In this document: positions 9,955 to 19,858 of the stretch, piece after piece
How positions within the stretch are numbered: position 1 is the first letter of the stretch
Layout: each line of letters starts with the position of its first letter
Assembly (NCBI GenBank): GCA_965197745.1
Contig: CBDANS010000006.1
Location: 1,056,001-1,120,000 of the forward strand
Origin: Opitutales bacterium
Lineage (GTDB): Bacteria > Verrucomicrobiota > Verrucomicrobiia > Opitutales > PNEW01
Length of the DNA stretch: 64,000 nt
Direction: 5' to 3'
The notes under the pieces: generated by a model
What the model was told of the DNA's origin: nothing
Databases searched by the model: none
The model's input: only the letters and a program-made list of their open reading frames with translations
Translations under genes and position numbers: made by a program

Positions 9955-10119
9955 ATGAGCAACACACAAAAGAAAATCGATAAAGCAGCTAAGGCACTAA
10001 TGAATATGCCTGGCCCTAAAGAACATGTAAGGCCAATCCCGACTAAGAAGGATTTTGAAAAGAAATTCGTTATGCGAGTAGATCGTAAGGGCAAGCCGTC
10101 TATGCGTGAAGTCAAATAA
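9955..10119 (+). CDS. Small basic ORF at the right end of the IS1595 element
   Basis: 54 aa MSNTQKKIDKAAKALMNMPGPKEHVRPIPTKKDFEKKFVMRVDRKGKPSMREVK, below track threshold. Confidence 0.45.
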   Translation: MSNTQKKIDKAAKALMNMPGPKEHVRPIPTKKDFEKKFVMRVDRKGKPSMREVK

Positions 10120-11224
10120 TGTGTAATGTGGGATTAGTTTGGGTTATCCGTTTGTCAAGTTAACTACATAAATCCCATTTAAATTCATGGGGAGTGTCGT
10201 CATTGCCCTCTTACCGTTCATCGGCGTAATGGCTGACGGCCTGTCCAGTTATCCGGAGATCGGTGAAGTGGTTCGTCTCGAGCCCGGGATTGATAAGCTC
10301 ATTACTCCCGGAGCGAAAATCGAAGTAATCGCCTCCGGGTTCGAGTGGTCCGAAGGGACCGTTTGGGTGCGTGAAAATAATGACAGTTATCTCCTCTTTT
10401 CTGATATCCCGCGCAACACCGTTTATAAATGGGTCGAAGGCGATGGGGTCAGCCTCTATCTAAAACCATCGGGCTACACCGGGGTGTCGGACTATGGCGG
10501 GGAGCCCGTATCGAATGGGCTTCTCATTGATGAGCAAGGGATGGTGGTTTTTTTTGAGCATGGGGATCGACGCGTTTCACGCATGGAGAAAGACGGAGGG
10601 AAAAAAACACTCGCCGACAATTATGAGGGTAAACGGTTTAATAGTCCTAACGATGAGGTCTTCATGTCAAACGGGGATCTCTACTTTACCGACCCCCCTT
10701 ATGGTTTACCCAAAAGATTTGAGGATCCACGACGCGAACTCGAATTTTGTGGCGTCTACCGTTTGTCAACAAAAGGAACCCTCACCCTCCTCACTGGCGC
10801 GATGACACGCCCTAACGGTATCGGCCTTTCCCCCGATGAGAAGACCCTCTATGTCGCTCAGTCAGATTCGGACGCAGCGCTCTGGATGAAATTCCCGGTT
10901 AAAAAAAATGGAACGCTGGGGAAGGGTGAAGTTTTCTTTGATGCCACCGCATCAGTAGGCATATTGCCGGGTCACCCCGATGGTATGGTTATCGATCGCG
11001 ACGGTAATATTTTCGCCACCGGTCCGGGTGGGGTTTATATTTTTACCCCTAAAGGCACGCTGCTCGGGCGTCTCTCTACCGGTGAAAGAACGGCCAACTG
11101 TACCTTTGGCAATGATGGCTCGGTTCTTTATATCGCTTCCGATATGTATGTATGCCGCATTCAGACGATGACCAAAGGTCTGGGATGGTAGGTGGGAGGT
11201 AACAGGTTTATATCTATGGGACCC

Positions 11225-11611
11225 TCAGGACCCTGATTCGAAACGACGGTTCCAGTCATATTCACGTGCGGTAATAATCGTTTCCATCCGACGGGTGCGT
11301 TTTTCGAGGGAATCAAATTTCCTTTTCAACCGCGACACCCCCATATTGCGCGAGGTGATATAGGAATTATAAAATTCCGTTTCTTCATCTGATTCAAAAT
11401 TAAGCATCGGTTCGGGAGGTATAAAGATTGCGGCAATGAGGTAAATGAGAACGATAGGGAAAAACCCGCTGAAAATAAAAAAAGTTATAAAGATTATACG
11501 AATCCATGTGACTGAAATTGCCGTAAAGTCGGCTAACCCCCGGCAGATGCCGAATATCCAGCCGTGGCGTGAGCGATAAAGGGAACGATCTCTAAATAAT
11601 AATTTATTCAT
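11225..11611 (-). CDS. pspC: Phage shock protein C
   Basis: LYRSR.G.IFGICRGLA PspC domain, TM helix, coiled-coil C-terminus; psp context. Confidence 0.9.
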   Translation of the reverse strand: MNKLLFRDRSLYRSRHGWIFGICRGLADFTAISVTWIRIIFITFFIFSGFFPIVLIYLIAAIFIPPEPMLNFESDEETEFYNSYITSRNMGVSRLKRKFDSLEKRTRRMETIITAREYDWNRRFESGS

Positions 11612-11861
11612 TTTGTGAATTGGCCGGGTTTTGTTTTTCTTCTTGTTCTAATAAAATGGTTTCCAGTGCATCGATTCTCTTTTCCATTTTATTTAACCCC
11701 TGATATATTTCCTGGATAGTTCTTGTTTCTTCCGCATCCATTTTTTTGTTTCTCCGCGGCGACCCTTCAAGGCGCATTTTTATCAACCAGGTGAAGCAGA
11801 TTACAGGAAGGCCAACGACGATTAAGAGTATCAGTAAAACAAATATATAAGCAGGTTCCAT
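11604..11861 (-). CDS. pspB: Phage shock protein B
   Basis: N-terminal TM, MEKRIDALETIL motif; between pspA and pspC. Confidence 0.82.
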   Translation of the reverse strand: MEPAYIFVLLILLIVVGLPVICFTWLIKMRLEGSPRRNKKMDAEETRTIQEIYQGLNKMEKRIDALETILLEQEEKQNPANSQNE

Positions 11862-11940
11862 AAATTGGAGTATGATTAGTTATAATGACCGGTGCGTAGT
11901 TTTAATTATACAGGAGCGCACGCGCTTTTTAAAGAAGGCA

Positions 11941-12615
11941 TTACTTTTTCCCGGGTTTATGAGCGATTTCACTTTTCAGTGTTTCCAGCGCTTCCTCTAT
12001 CTTGTCCCTGTTTTCCAGACTTTCCCAGGCGTCTTCTTCACTGGGCTTACGGCCGTAATTGATCAGCTCCGCTTCCACTTCCATTCTCTCTATGCGATTT
12101 TCAAACTGCTCAAAGCGAACAAAGGCATCAGTGCTTTCGGCATCACGAATTTTGGTTTGCGCCGTTTTACGCTTCACCGCCTGAACATGCCGTTGTATGA
12201 GAAGACGATGTTTCTTGCGGGCCGCATCCAGTTTTTCCTCTAACTGGTGAATGTCTTTTTGATACTGGGTAATAATATTTGTAAATTGATCGATCTCGTT
12301 CTCCAGGCACCCGGCTTCCTCTTCGAGGTGCATTTTTTCTGCTAACGCTTCGCGCGCCATGTCTTCCCTCCCTTTTTCAACAGCAAGCCTGGCTTTTGCT
12401 CCCCAGTTTTCTGTCCGGCGTTTTGCTTCCTCGTGCGCACGAGTTATCCGTTTTTGACTGGCCATCGCACCCGCACAGGAGGCTTTGATTTCTACCAGCG
12501 TGTCTTCCATCTCCTGGATCATCAGCTTGATCAGCTTCTCCGGATCTTCAGCCTTCTCCAACATCGAATTTATGTTGGAACTGATTATGTCTCTAAATCG
12601 TGAAAATATTCCCAT
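11941..12615 (-). CDS. pspA: Phage shock protein A
   Basis: MGIFSRFRDIISSNINSMLEKAEDPEKLIKLMIQEMEDTLVE hallmark N-terminus. Confidence 0.96.
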   Translation of the reverse strand: MGIFSRFRDIISSNINSMLEKAEDPEKLIKLMIQEMEDTLVEIKASCAGAMASQKRITRAHEEAKRRTENWGAKARLAVEKGREDMAREALAEKMHLEEEAGCLENEIDQFTNIITQYQKDIHQLEEKLDAARKKHRLLIQRHVQAVKRKTAQTKIRDAESTDAFVRFEQFENRIERMEVEAELINYGRKPSEEDAWESLENRDKIEEALETLKSEIAHKPGKK

Positions 12616-12653
12616 TTTTTCTCCTTTGGTAAGTTAATGCTGCAGCCCTTTAT

Positions 12654-12669
12654 TGCAGTCCCTGTGCCA
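12654..12669 (-). promoter_or_regulatory. sigma54 -24/-12 promoter of pspABC
   Basis: TGGCACAGGGACTGCA on the minus strand ~40 nt upstream of pspA, divergent from pspF. Confidence 0.85.
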
Positions 12670-12799
12670 ATTTCCACGTCTGTCTGTAAGTGGCTAATCT
12701 CTATTAAGTTATAAATTAGGCTTGAATTTTGTTACAGGTTAAATTTACTAATAATATGTTAATATAACTAAAATTTATAATAATTAACCAATAATCGAT

Positions 12800-13819
12800 T
12801 TGTCAGAGCGCAGTAACATCACGGATGCCTTAGGGGAATCAGAGGCATTCATTCATTTTCAGGAGAGGCTGTCACGGGCTGCAGGTGTTGAAAGACCCTT
12901 GCTGATCGTCGGGGAGCGGGGCACGGGTAAGGAATTAGCAGCGTCGCGCCTGCACTTTTTATCTCCTCGCTGGGAGGGGCCGATGGGCTCGCTTAATTGT
13001 GCGGCCCTGGCGCCATCGGTGCTCGAGTCGGAGTTATTTGGCCATGAAGCGGGCGCTTTTACGGGGGCTATTCAGAAACGGATAGGGCGTTTTGAAGCGG
13101 CGGCAGGTGGGACCTTGTTTCTCGATGAGATTGGTCTCCTCCCCATGGAGGTTCAGGAAAAAATTTTACGGGTAGTTGAGTACAAATCATTTGAGCGGGT
13201 GGGAGGATCCTCTCCTGTAGAGGTTGACGTCCGTATCATAGGGGCGACGAATGTGGATCTGCCTGCGCTGGTTAAGGGGGAAAGATTCAAAAGAGACCTG
13301 CTCGATCGATTGTCATTTGAAGTGCTGTTTCTCCCTCCCCTTCGTGAGCGTCATGGTGATATCGCGCTTCTTGCTTATCATTTTTCAGCGCGCATGGCAC
13401 AGGAATTAGGACGCGAGGGGATTCCTGAATTCAGTGAAAAAGCCTTGTCAGATTTGGAGAACTACACATGGCCGGGCAATATCAGGGAATTGAAAAATGT
13501 CGTCGAGCGAGCGGTCTATCAGGCCGAAGGCGACAGCATTACGAACATAAATTTTGATCCTTTTGTCTCCCCATTTTCTTCTCTTCGCGGACAGGTGGAA
13601 GAGGACCCGCAAAGCGGAGTAACTAAGGGAGCTGATATGATAAACATACCCCTGGAAGAAGCGGTTAGAGCGGTTGAAATGAAAGCGCTTCAGCAGGCGC
13701 TCGAGCGCTCACACTATCACCAGGGCAGGGCGGCACAATATTTAGGGATGACCTATCATCAATTCCGCGGTCTTTATCGTAAATATAGACAGAAAATAGA
13801 GCTGCCATTAAATCCCTGA
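12800..13819 (+). CDS. pspF: Phage shock operon sigma54 activator
   Basis: GERGTGKEL Walker A, ELFGHEAGAFTGA, LFLDE, WPGNIRELKN, LGMTYHQFRGL HTH; no N-terminal sensor; divergent from pspA. Confidence 0.94.
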   Translation: MSERSNITDALGESEAFIHFQERLSRAAGVERPLLIVGERGTGKELAASRLHFLSPRWEGPMGSLNCAALAPSVLESELFGHEAGAFTGAIQKRIGRFEAAAGGTLFLDEIGLLPMEVQEKILRVVEYKSFERVGGSSPVEVDVRIIGATNVDLPALVKGERFKRDLLDRLSFEVLFLPPLRERHGDIALLAYHFSARMAQELGREGIPEFSEKALSDLENYTWPGNIRELKNVVERAVYQAEGDSITNINFDPFVSPFSSLRGQVEEDPQSGVTKGADMINIPLEEAVRAVEMKALQQALERSHYHQGRAAQYLGMTYHQFRGLYRKYRQKIELPLNP

Positions 13820-13881
13820 CCCCGCTGAAAAAATCTTCCCCCTTGTTACATAAACAGGGGCCCGCCCGCTTAGAGAAAGAA

Positions 13882-14526
13882 CTAAAAATCGATAGCCCCG
13901 AGTGATTCGAATACGGGTACGCCGCAGGCCTCAAGTTTCAGGTGGTGTTGGTGACCGTGGCTGTCAAGGGCACAGTCTATGCCGCATGCTGTAGCCACTT
14001 CAAAATCATGGTCCGTGTCCCCTATAAGTAATATCTCGTGGCGATCATAATCGAGCGAATGGATACATTGAAGACCAAGTTCAACTTTACCCTCGGCGTG
14101 AATGTTGGTCAGGCCCATGAGGTTTTGGAAATAGGGAGTCAGTCCATAGTGTTCTATTATTTCCACGAGGCGCTCCTGCAGCGAGGCAGAGAGAATAGAT
14201 TGGGACCGACCTGCTTGAACATTAGACCCAAGGATTTCACATACGTCGCTATGCAGATTACATTCCTCGCGGCGACGATCATATACCTCATTGAATTCGA
14301 CACTTAAGGTATCGAAGGATTCGACATCGAGATCAAATCCTAACCGCTCATAATACTCGATGATCGGAAAATCGAACTGCGCGCGGTATGACTCCCTCGA
14401 TACCGCGGGCATCTGACGGTTTTGAAGAATACTGTTAAGCACTTCAACACATAGCCAGGTATCATCAAACAATGTACCGTTCCAGTCCCAGATTATGTGT
14501 TTGTAATTCGTATTGGCCACGACCAT
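13882..14526 (-). CDS. HAD family hydrolase
   Basis: IIWDWNGTL motif I, ILSAS, IGDTDHD. Confidence 0.9.
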   Translation of the reverse strand: MVVANTNYKHIIWDWNGTLFDDTWLCVEVLNSILQNRQMPAVSRESYRAQFDFPIIEYYERLGFDLDVESFDTLSVEFNEVYDRRREECNLHSDVCEILGSNVQAGRSQSILSASLQERLVEIIEHYGLTPYFQNLMGLTNIHAEGKVELGLQCIHSLDYDRHEILLIGDTDHDFEVATACGIDCALDSHGHQHHLKLEACGVPVFESLGAIDF

Positions 14527-14648
14527 TTATTATTGAAAATAAGAGGATCGCTATTGCCTTTCAACCAAAGAGTCTCAACTTGATTACTTATTTCTTTGCC
14601 GTTACTGTATTTTGTTATTAATATTACCGCCGTTTTTAATTTGATAAA

Positions 14649-15437
14649 ATGATCACTGAAGGACAAGTAGCGCATTTCAATACCTTTGGATTTCTCCTTC
14701 TCAAGCAGGTTTATTCACCGGCGGAGATGGAGGCGATTACCCGTGAATTTGAAGGGTTGATCGAGAAAGGGGAAGCGAATCCCAAACAAGCCGAAAGAGG
14801 AGTGACAAACGTTACGTCTATTATCGAAATGAGTCCCCGCCTGACTGAACTTGCGATAGACGATCGTATTTATGGGACAATTGAGCAATTACTTGAACCG
14901 GGATTTATCTGGTCGGGGTCGGAGGGCCAGCGAGGTCGTGTCTTTGCCTCCTGGCACGCGGATCGACCGGGGATGGAAGAATTATTTTATACGCGTATCA
15001 AGGTTCATCTCTACCTTGACGCCACGACGAAAGACACCTGTGCATTGCGCGTCATTCCCGGGTCGCAGCGTTCACCTTATCACGATCTACTGCAACCGCT
15101 CATCCATTATCACTTTAATCTTAATGAGGAGAATGATAATACATCCCCCCACCCTTTCGGAATAAAGGGACCGGACATGCCCTGCCATGTCGTCGAATCT
15201 AATCCCGGGGATATCGTTTTTTTTAATCAAAGTGTCATGCATGCCGTCTATGGCGAATTGGTTAATAAACGGCGTTATATAGCTTTGAAATTCGCGGATA
15301 AACCAACCACTGAGAGGCATGTAGCATCCTTGAAGAAATGGTCTGAGTATACTTTGCACCCCGAGGAAGTATTTCTCAAAAGTGATCATCCCCGAATCCG
15401 CAATATGGTCGAAGGTTTAGTAGAGCTCGCTTCATAA
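14649..15437 (+). CDS. PhyH-family Fe(II)/2OG dioxygenase
   Basis: F.TFGFL, WHAD, LRVIPGS, PGDIVFF...MHA. Confidence 0.88.
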   Translation: MITEGQVAHFNTFGFLLLKQVYSPAEMEAITREFEGLIEKGEANPKQAERGVTNVTSIIEMSPRLTELAIDDRIYGTIEQLLEPGFIWSGSEGQRGRVFASWHADRPGMEELFYTRIKVHLYLDATTKDTCALRVIPGSQRSPYHDLLQPLIHYHFNLNEENDNTSPHPFGIKGPDMPCHVVESNPGDIVFFNQSVMHAVYGELVNKRRYIALKFADKPTTERHVASLKKWSEYTLHPEEVFLKSDHPRIRNMVEGLVELAS

Positions 15438-15473
15438 CCTCACAACCCCATTCATGGACTAATCTTTTAGCTA

Positions 15474-16268
15474 ATGATCAGTGAGGGACAGTGTGCGCAT
15501 TTTAAAACTTTTGGATTTTTAATTCTCAAGCAGGCATTTTCATCGGAAGAGATGGAGGTTATCACCCGCGATTTCGATCTGATAATGGAGAAGGAAGAGG
15601 AGCAGCCATCCGATAATGAAAAAAAAGTTAAGAATGTCGTGCCATTTGTCGAAAAACTCCCTCAACTGGCGCGACTTGCCGAAGACGATCGTATTTACGG
15701 AACGATGGAAAAATTACTCGGGCCCGGATTCATCTGGGCGGGATCCGAAGGTCAAAATGGGCGCGCCAGCGCAGATTGGCACACGGACCGGCCGGGGGAG
15801 GCCGAACTTTTTTTCACGCGAATTAAAACGCACATTTACCTGGATGTCACAACTGAAGATGCCGGTGCGCTGCGTGTCATCCCCGGTTCGCATCGCATGC
15901 CACTACACGAAGTTCTTGTCACGCAACTTTTAAAATATTATTTTAAACAGAGTGCGACCGAAGATGTGCCCATTGCCTCTAATGCCCTGGGGGTCACCGG
16001 TCCCGGGATGCCGTCTTTCTCCCTTGAATCCACGCCCGGAGATATTGTATTTTTTAATCAGAGTTTGTTTCATGCGGTCTATGGGGGGAAGGGAAGGCAG
16101 CGTCGTTATATTGCCCTTAAGTTCGCGGAATATCCCGCGACCGATAAGCACATCGCGTCATTGCGGAAATGGACCGAGTACGTATTTCATCCGGATGAGG
16201 TGTTTCTCAATAGCGACCGTCCCCGCATTCGCGGCATGATCGATGGTCTCTTAGGGCTCACCTCTTAA
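15474..16268 (+). CDS. PhyH-family Fe(II)/2OG dioxygenase (tandem paralog)
   Basis: WHTD, LRVIPGSH, LFHA; clearly similar to 14649-15437. Confidence 0.88.
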   Translation: MISEGQCAHFKTFGFLILKQAFSSEEMEVITRDFDLIMEKEEEQPSDNEKKVKNVVPFVEKLPQLARLAEDDRIYGTMEKLLGPGFIWAGSEGQNGRASADWHTDRPGEAELFFTRIKTHIYLDVTTEDAGALRVIPGSHRMPLHEVLVTQLLKYYFKQSATEDVPIASNALGVTGPGMPSFSLESTPGDIVFFNQSLFHAVYGGKGRQRRYIALKFAEYPATDKHIASLRKWTEYVFHPDEVFLNSDRPRIRGMIDGLLGLTS

Positions 16269-17177
16269 TAGCGCGAATATTTTTTTATACCCGGCTCCGG
16301 GTCGCGATGCAAAGATGACAACGATGGCGCCCATGACAAGCAGTGTGCTGGCGAGATAAAAAGCGACGCTTGGAAATTCATTGAGAATATAGACACCCAT
16401 AAAACCGGCGAAAATGAATTGACTGAGAGCAATGATGGATACGCTTTGACCGCGTAGATGTTTAAGAGAATAATTAAAAATGCTGTGCCCTATGACCGTG
16501 GGAATAAGGGCCAGTGCGAAGATTAATCCCAAATCGCGCGCGTCATAATCGTGAACACTAGCGGCGGCCGTGAATCCACTTTGCTGCGCCATAAAATAAA
16601 TGAGCAGTGTAAATAAACCGGCAATCAGGTAAAGTGGAACGACATAAAGCCAGAGTGAAGGAATGTCCCGATTCTTGCGTCCCCACACGATGTAAAACGC
16701 GTAAAACAGCATCGAGACAAAACAGATGATATCGCCAAGGGCATATTTTATATTGAGTCGGTAGTCGGCGAATCCCAAAACGGCCACGCCCGCCAGGGAG
16801 AGGAAAGTGCCATAACACTCGGCCCGATTGATAACTTCACGTATCATGAAATAGAGGAGGAAAGGGGTAATGACCGGAAGCATATTTACAATAAGCGTCG
16901 AATTTGAGACGGGGGTTAGACGCGCGCCGATGGTCCACGTGATAAAATGAATTCCCAAAAACATACCGGGCATCAGGGTTCGCCGTAATGACGATACCCT
17001 GTATTGACCCGCATGGCTTTTCAGCGCCCTGAAGAATAAGGGAAGGAGCACCACTCCTGCGATGAGGGACCGATAACTGGCAAGCAGGACAGGATCGGTG
17101 TGACTTAACTTAACGAAGAGAGCGGAAGTCGAGGCGGCAAATACGCCGATGAATAATATAAGGTAGTAAAAAAACAT
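16251..17177 (-). CDS. DMT/EamA family transporter
   Basis: ~10 hydrophobic segments, LGIHF..W, LGD, GHS.FNY. Confidence 0.88.
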   Translation of the reverse strand: MFFYYLILFIGVFAASTSALFVKLSHTDPVLLASYRSLIAGVVLLPLFFRALKSHAGQYRVSSLRRTLMPGMFLGIHFITWTIGARLTPVSNSTLIVNMLPVITPFLLYFMIREVINRAECYGTFLSLAGVAVLGFADYRLNIKYALGDIICFVSMLFYAFYIVWGRKNRDIPSLWLYVVPLYLIAGLFTLLIYFMAQQSGFTAAASVHDYDARDLGLIFALALIPTVIGHSIFNYSLKHLRGQSVSIIALSQFIFAGFMGVYILNEFPSVAFYLASTLLVMGAIVVIFASRPGAGYKKIFALLRGEP

Positions 17178-17400
17178 GCCTTTGTGGTTATCCTATCATT
17201 GACTCATCGGAAGCGAGCTTTCGATTTATTATTCATCTTTCACCAGGGACTTCAGCCATTGATTTTAAAGCCGTAATATTAAGAGATAAGGAGAAAATTA
17301 GTTAACTGAACATTTTTTCACGTTTAGGCTTGAACCCTTTTAAAAACTTGCGAAATTGGTAATATCATTAACCGAATTATAACTTTCACACTACAGAATT

Positions 17401-18462
17401 ATGGCAAGGGGATCAGGGAGTAAAACTCAGTCTAACGGCAGCGACAACAACAGCCTTAACCTCGCGCTGTCCGCAATTAATAAGCAATTTGGTGAGGGTG
17501 CGATTATGCGCATGGGTGATGCCACCCGCATGAATGTGTCCGTTCTTTCCACGGGATCAGTAGCTATAGATCTTGCCCTCGGGGTGGGCGGACTCCCCCG
17601 GGGTCGAATCTGCGAAATATATGGGCCCGAGAGCGGGGGTAAGACGACCATGTGCCTGAGCCTCATTGCCTACGCTCAGAGAAATGGCGGCAACGCGGTT
17701 TTTATCGATGTCGAACATGCGCTCGACCCCAAGTATGCCCGCACCGTCGGTGTCGATCTTGACAATTTGATGATTTCTCAACCGGAAAGCGGTGAAGATG
17801 CCCTCAATATCACCGAGACACTTATCCGTTCAGGGGCCATCGACGTGATCGTTGTCGATTCCGTGGCCGCGCTTGTTTCCAAGCATGAACTCGATGGGCA
17901 GATGGGTGATGCCACCGTGGGCCTGCAGGCAAGATTGATGAGCCAGGCGATGCGGCGACTAACCGCGGCGATCAGCAGGTCGCAGTGCGTCTGTCTCTTT
18001 ACCAATCAGATTCGTGAGAAAATTGGAGTCATGTTCGGTAACCCGGAAACCCAGCCCGGGGGGCGCGCCCTGAAATTTTCCGCAACCGTCCGCATGGATA
18101 TCCGGCGTATCGGCGCGATCAAAGATACTTCAGGAAAAGTTATTGGTAACCGGACGCGCTTGAAAGTGGTGAAAAATAAAGTGGCTCCACCCTTTACTGA
18201 ATGTGAATTTGACATCATGTACGATGAAGGCATTTCTCAAACCGGCTCCGTTCTCGACCTCGGAATTGAACATAAAATGCTCGAGAAAAAAGGGTCTTGG
18301 ATTTCTTATAATGGGGAGATGATCGGACAGGGCCGCGAGGCTGCGAAGCAGTATCTATCAGAGAATAAAGAGCTGATGGATAATCTGCTTCAAGAGATTT
18401 TAGGTAAAGTAACGGTCGCCGGGGGCAGCGTTTTAGCGGAAGCTAAATCTGAGGATAGCTGA
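17401..18462 (+). CDS. recA: Recombinase A
   Basis: [50 protein letters not shown]. Confidence 0.99.
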   Translation: MARGSGSKTQSNGSDNNSLNLALSAINKQFGEGAIMRMGDATRMNVSVLSTGSVAIDLALGVGGLPRGRICEIYGPESGGKTTMCLSLIAYAQRNGGNAVFIDVEHALDPKYARTVGVDLDNLMISQPESGEDALNITETLIRSGAIDVIVVDSVAALVSKHELDGQMGDATVGLQARLMSQAMRRLTAAISRSQCVCLFTNQIREKIGVMFGNPETQPGGRALKFSATVRMDIRRIGAIKDTSGKVIGNRTRLKVVKNKVAPPFTECEFDIMYDEGISQTGSVLDLGIEHKMLEKKGSWISYNGEMIGQGREAAKQYLSENKELMDNLLQEILGKVTVAGGSVLAEAKSEDS

Positions 18463-18502
18463 CTTCCTCCCTGCGGGGGTCCTTTTCGCAAGACCGTAGG
18501 CC

Positions 18503-19858
18503 ATGGCTTTAAATGATACTATTGTCGCGCTGTCCACTCCTGCCGGGGAATCGGCGCTCGCCCTTATTCGCCTCTCGGGTCCGCTCTGCGGCACATTGGT
18601 AACCGCGGTTTTTAATCACCCTACCCCGCTTTCGCGACAAGCCTGCTTAGCCGAATATCGCGACCTGGAGGAGCGGTCCCTCGATACCGTGATCTACGTT
18701 TTTTATGAAGAGGGAGCGTCTTTCACCGGTGACGCGACACTGGAAATATCCTGCCACGGCAATCCACTCATCATTCAGAAAATAACCGAGGATTTAATTC
18801 AACGGGAATGTCGCATGGCCGAACCCGGGGAATTTACGCGTACCGCCTTTCTCAACGGACGCATGGATTTAAGCCAGGCCGAAGCGGTTATTGATCTTAT
18901 TCGTGCCCGTAGTGACAAGGCCCTTGAGGTGGCAAAAAATCAGCTCGATGGATCGGTGCGCAATAAGATTATCAGTTTAACCGATTCATTATTGCAGGTC
19001 ATCGCGCACTTTGAAGCTTATATCGATTTTCCCGAAGAAGACCTGCCCCCTGAAGATGAAGAAGGCCCATTGCGTGAACTCAATTTGCTGCGGAATGAAA
19101 TGGAGCGGATGATAGCCACAGGTCAGTACAGCACCCTGCTCCACGATGGAGTAAAAACCGTTATCGTTGGTCAGCCTAATGTCGGGAAAAGCAGCTTGCT
19201 CAACGCTTTGATCGGTAGAGAACGCGCTATTGTCAGCGTGGAACCGGGTACGACACGCGACTATATCGAGGAGCGGGTTATCATCGATTCCCACTTTCTT
19301 CGTGTCATCGACACGGCCGGATTCCATGAATCCAGCTCTGCCGTCGAACACCTGGGAATGAAAAAAACGAGAGAACAACTCGAGAGCGCCGATTTTAAAC
19401 TGCTCGTCATAGACAGTACCGTCCCCTCACCTCAATTGCCCGACGATGTCCTCCCGCAGATTGTTAATGGAGCCACTCTCGTCATCGAAAATAAGATAGA
19501 TCTACCTGATAGTCAAAGGCATACAGATTTTATCCCCGACTTGCCCCACTGTCGCGTCTCCGCCCTCACCGGAGAGGGCATAAAAGAAGCAGAAACTGTT
19601 ATAATTCAATTACTTAAGAAAGATGTAGAAGCCCCGACCGAAGATACGGTAATCGTCAGTGTAAGGCATGCCCATGCCTTGAGGGAGGCGAAAACGCACC
19701 TCCATGCCGCGCTCCAGAAAATTGAGAAGGGTGATGCCCCTGAATTGATCGTCAGTGATCTGAGATCATCCATGGGAGAACTCAGCGAGATTACGGGCAA
19801 AATTGATAATGAAGCGATGCTCGACAAGTTGTTTCAATCCTTTTGCATTGGCAAATGA
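18503..19858 (+). CDS. mnmE: tRNA modification GTPase MnmE
   Basis: DTIVALSTP, GEFTRTAFLNG, GQPNVGKSS, GTTRD, DTAG, C-terminal FCIGK. Confidence 0.97.
   Translation: MALNDTIVALSTPAGESALALIRLSGPLCGTLVTAVFNHPTPLSRQACLAEYRDLEERSLDTVIYVFYEEGASFTGDATLEISCHGNPLIIQKITEDLIQRECRMAEPGEFTRTAFLNGRMDLSQAEAVIDLIRARSDKALEVAKNQLDGSVRNKIISLTDSLLQVIAHFEAYIDFPEEDLPPEDEEGPLRELNLLRNEMERMIATGQYSTLLHDGVKTVIVGQPNVGKSSLLNALIGRERAIVSVEPGTTRDYIEERVIIDSHFLRVIDTAGFHESSSAVEHLGMKKTREQLESADFKLLVIDSTVPSPQLPDDVLPQIVNGATLVIENKIDLPDSQRHTDFIPDLPHCRVSALTGEGIKEAETVIIQLLKKDVEAPTEDTVIVSVRHAHALREAKTHLHAALQKIEKGDAPELIVSDLRSSMGELSEITGKIDNEAMLDKLFQSFCIGK

Larger units (their letters stand above)
7491..10176 (+). mobile_element. IS1595-family element with passenger genes (2686 bp)
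   Basis: 26-bp terminal IRs GGGACTTATGTAGATAACTTGACAAA / revcomp GGGATTTATGTAGTTAACTTGACAAA (2 mismatches); 8-bp TSD ATTTAAAT at 7483-7490 and 10177-10184; visibly AT-rich. Confidence 0.95.
7445..11191 (+). pseudogene. SMP-30/gluconolactonase/LRE family gene interrupted by IS1595 (parts 7445-7490 and 10185-11191)
   Basis: FEWSEG.VW, FSDIP, NSPND, YFTDPPYG, PNGIGLSPD, PDGM; removing the IS and one TSD joins MKKYKPINRPTILFK-F-MGSVVIALL in frame. Confidence 0.85.

Noticed and set aside
17299..17312. Possible LexA box upstream of recA (TAGTTAACTGAACA)
   Set aside because: Only the GAACA half resembles the TGTTC-N4-GAACA motif; left half and spacing do not fit.
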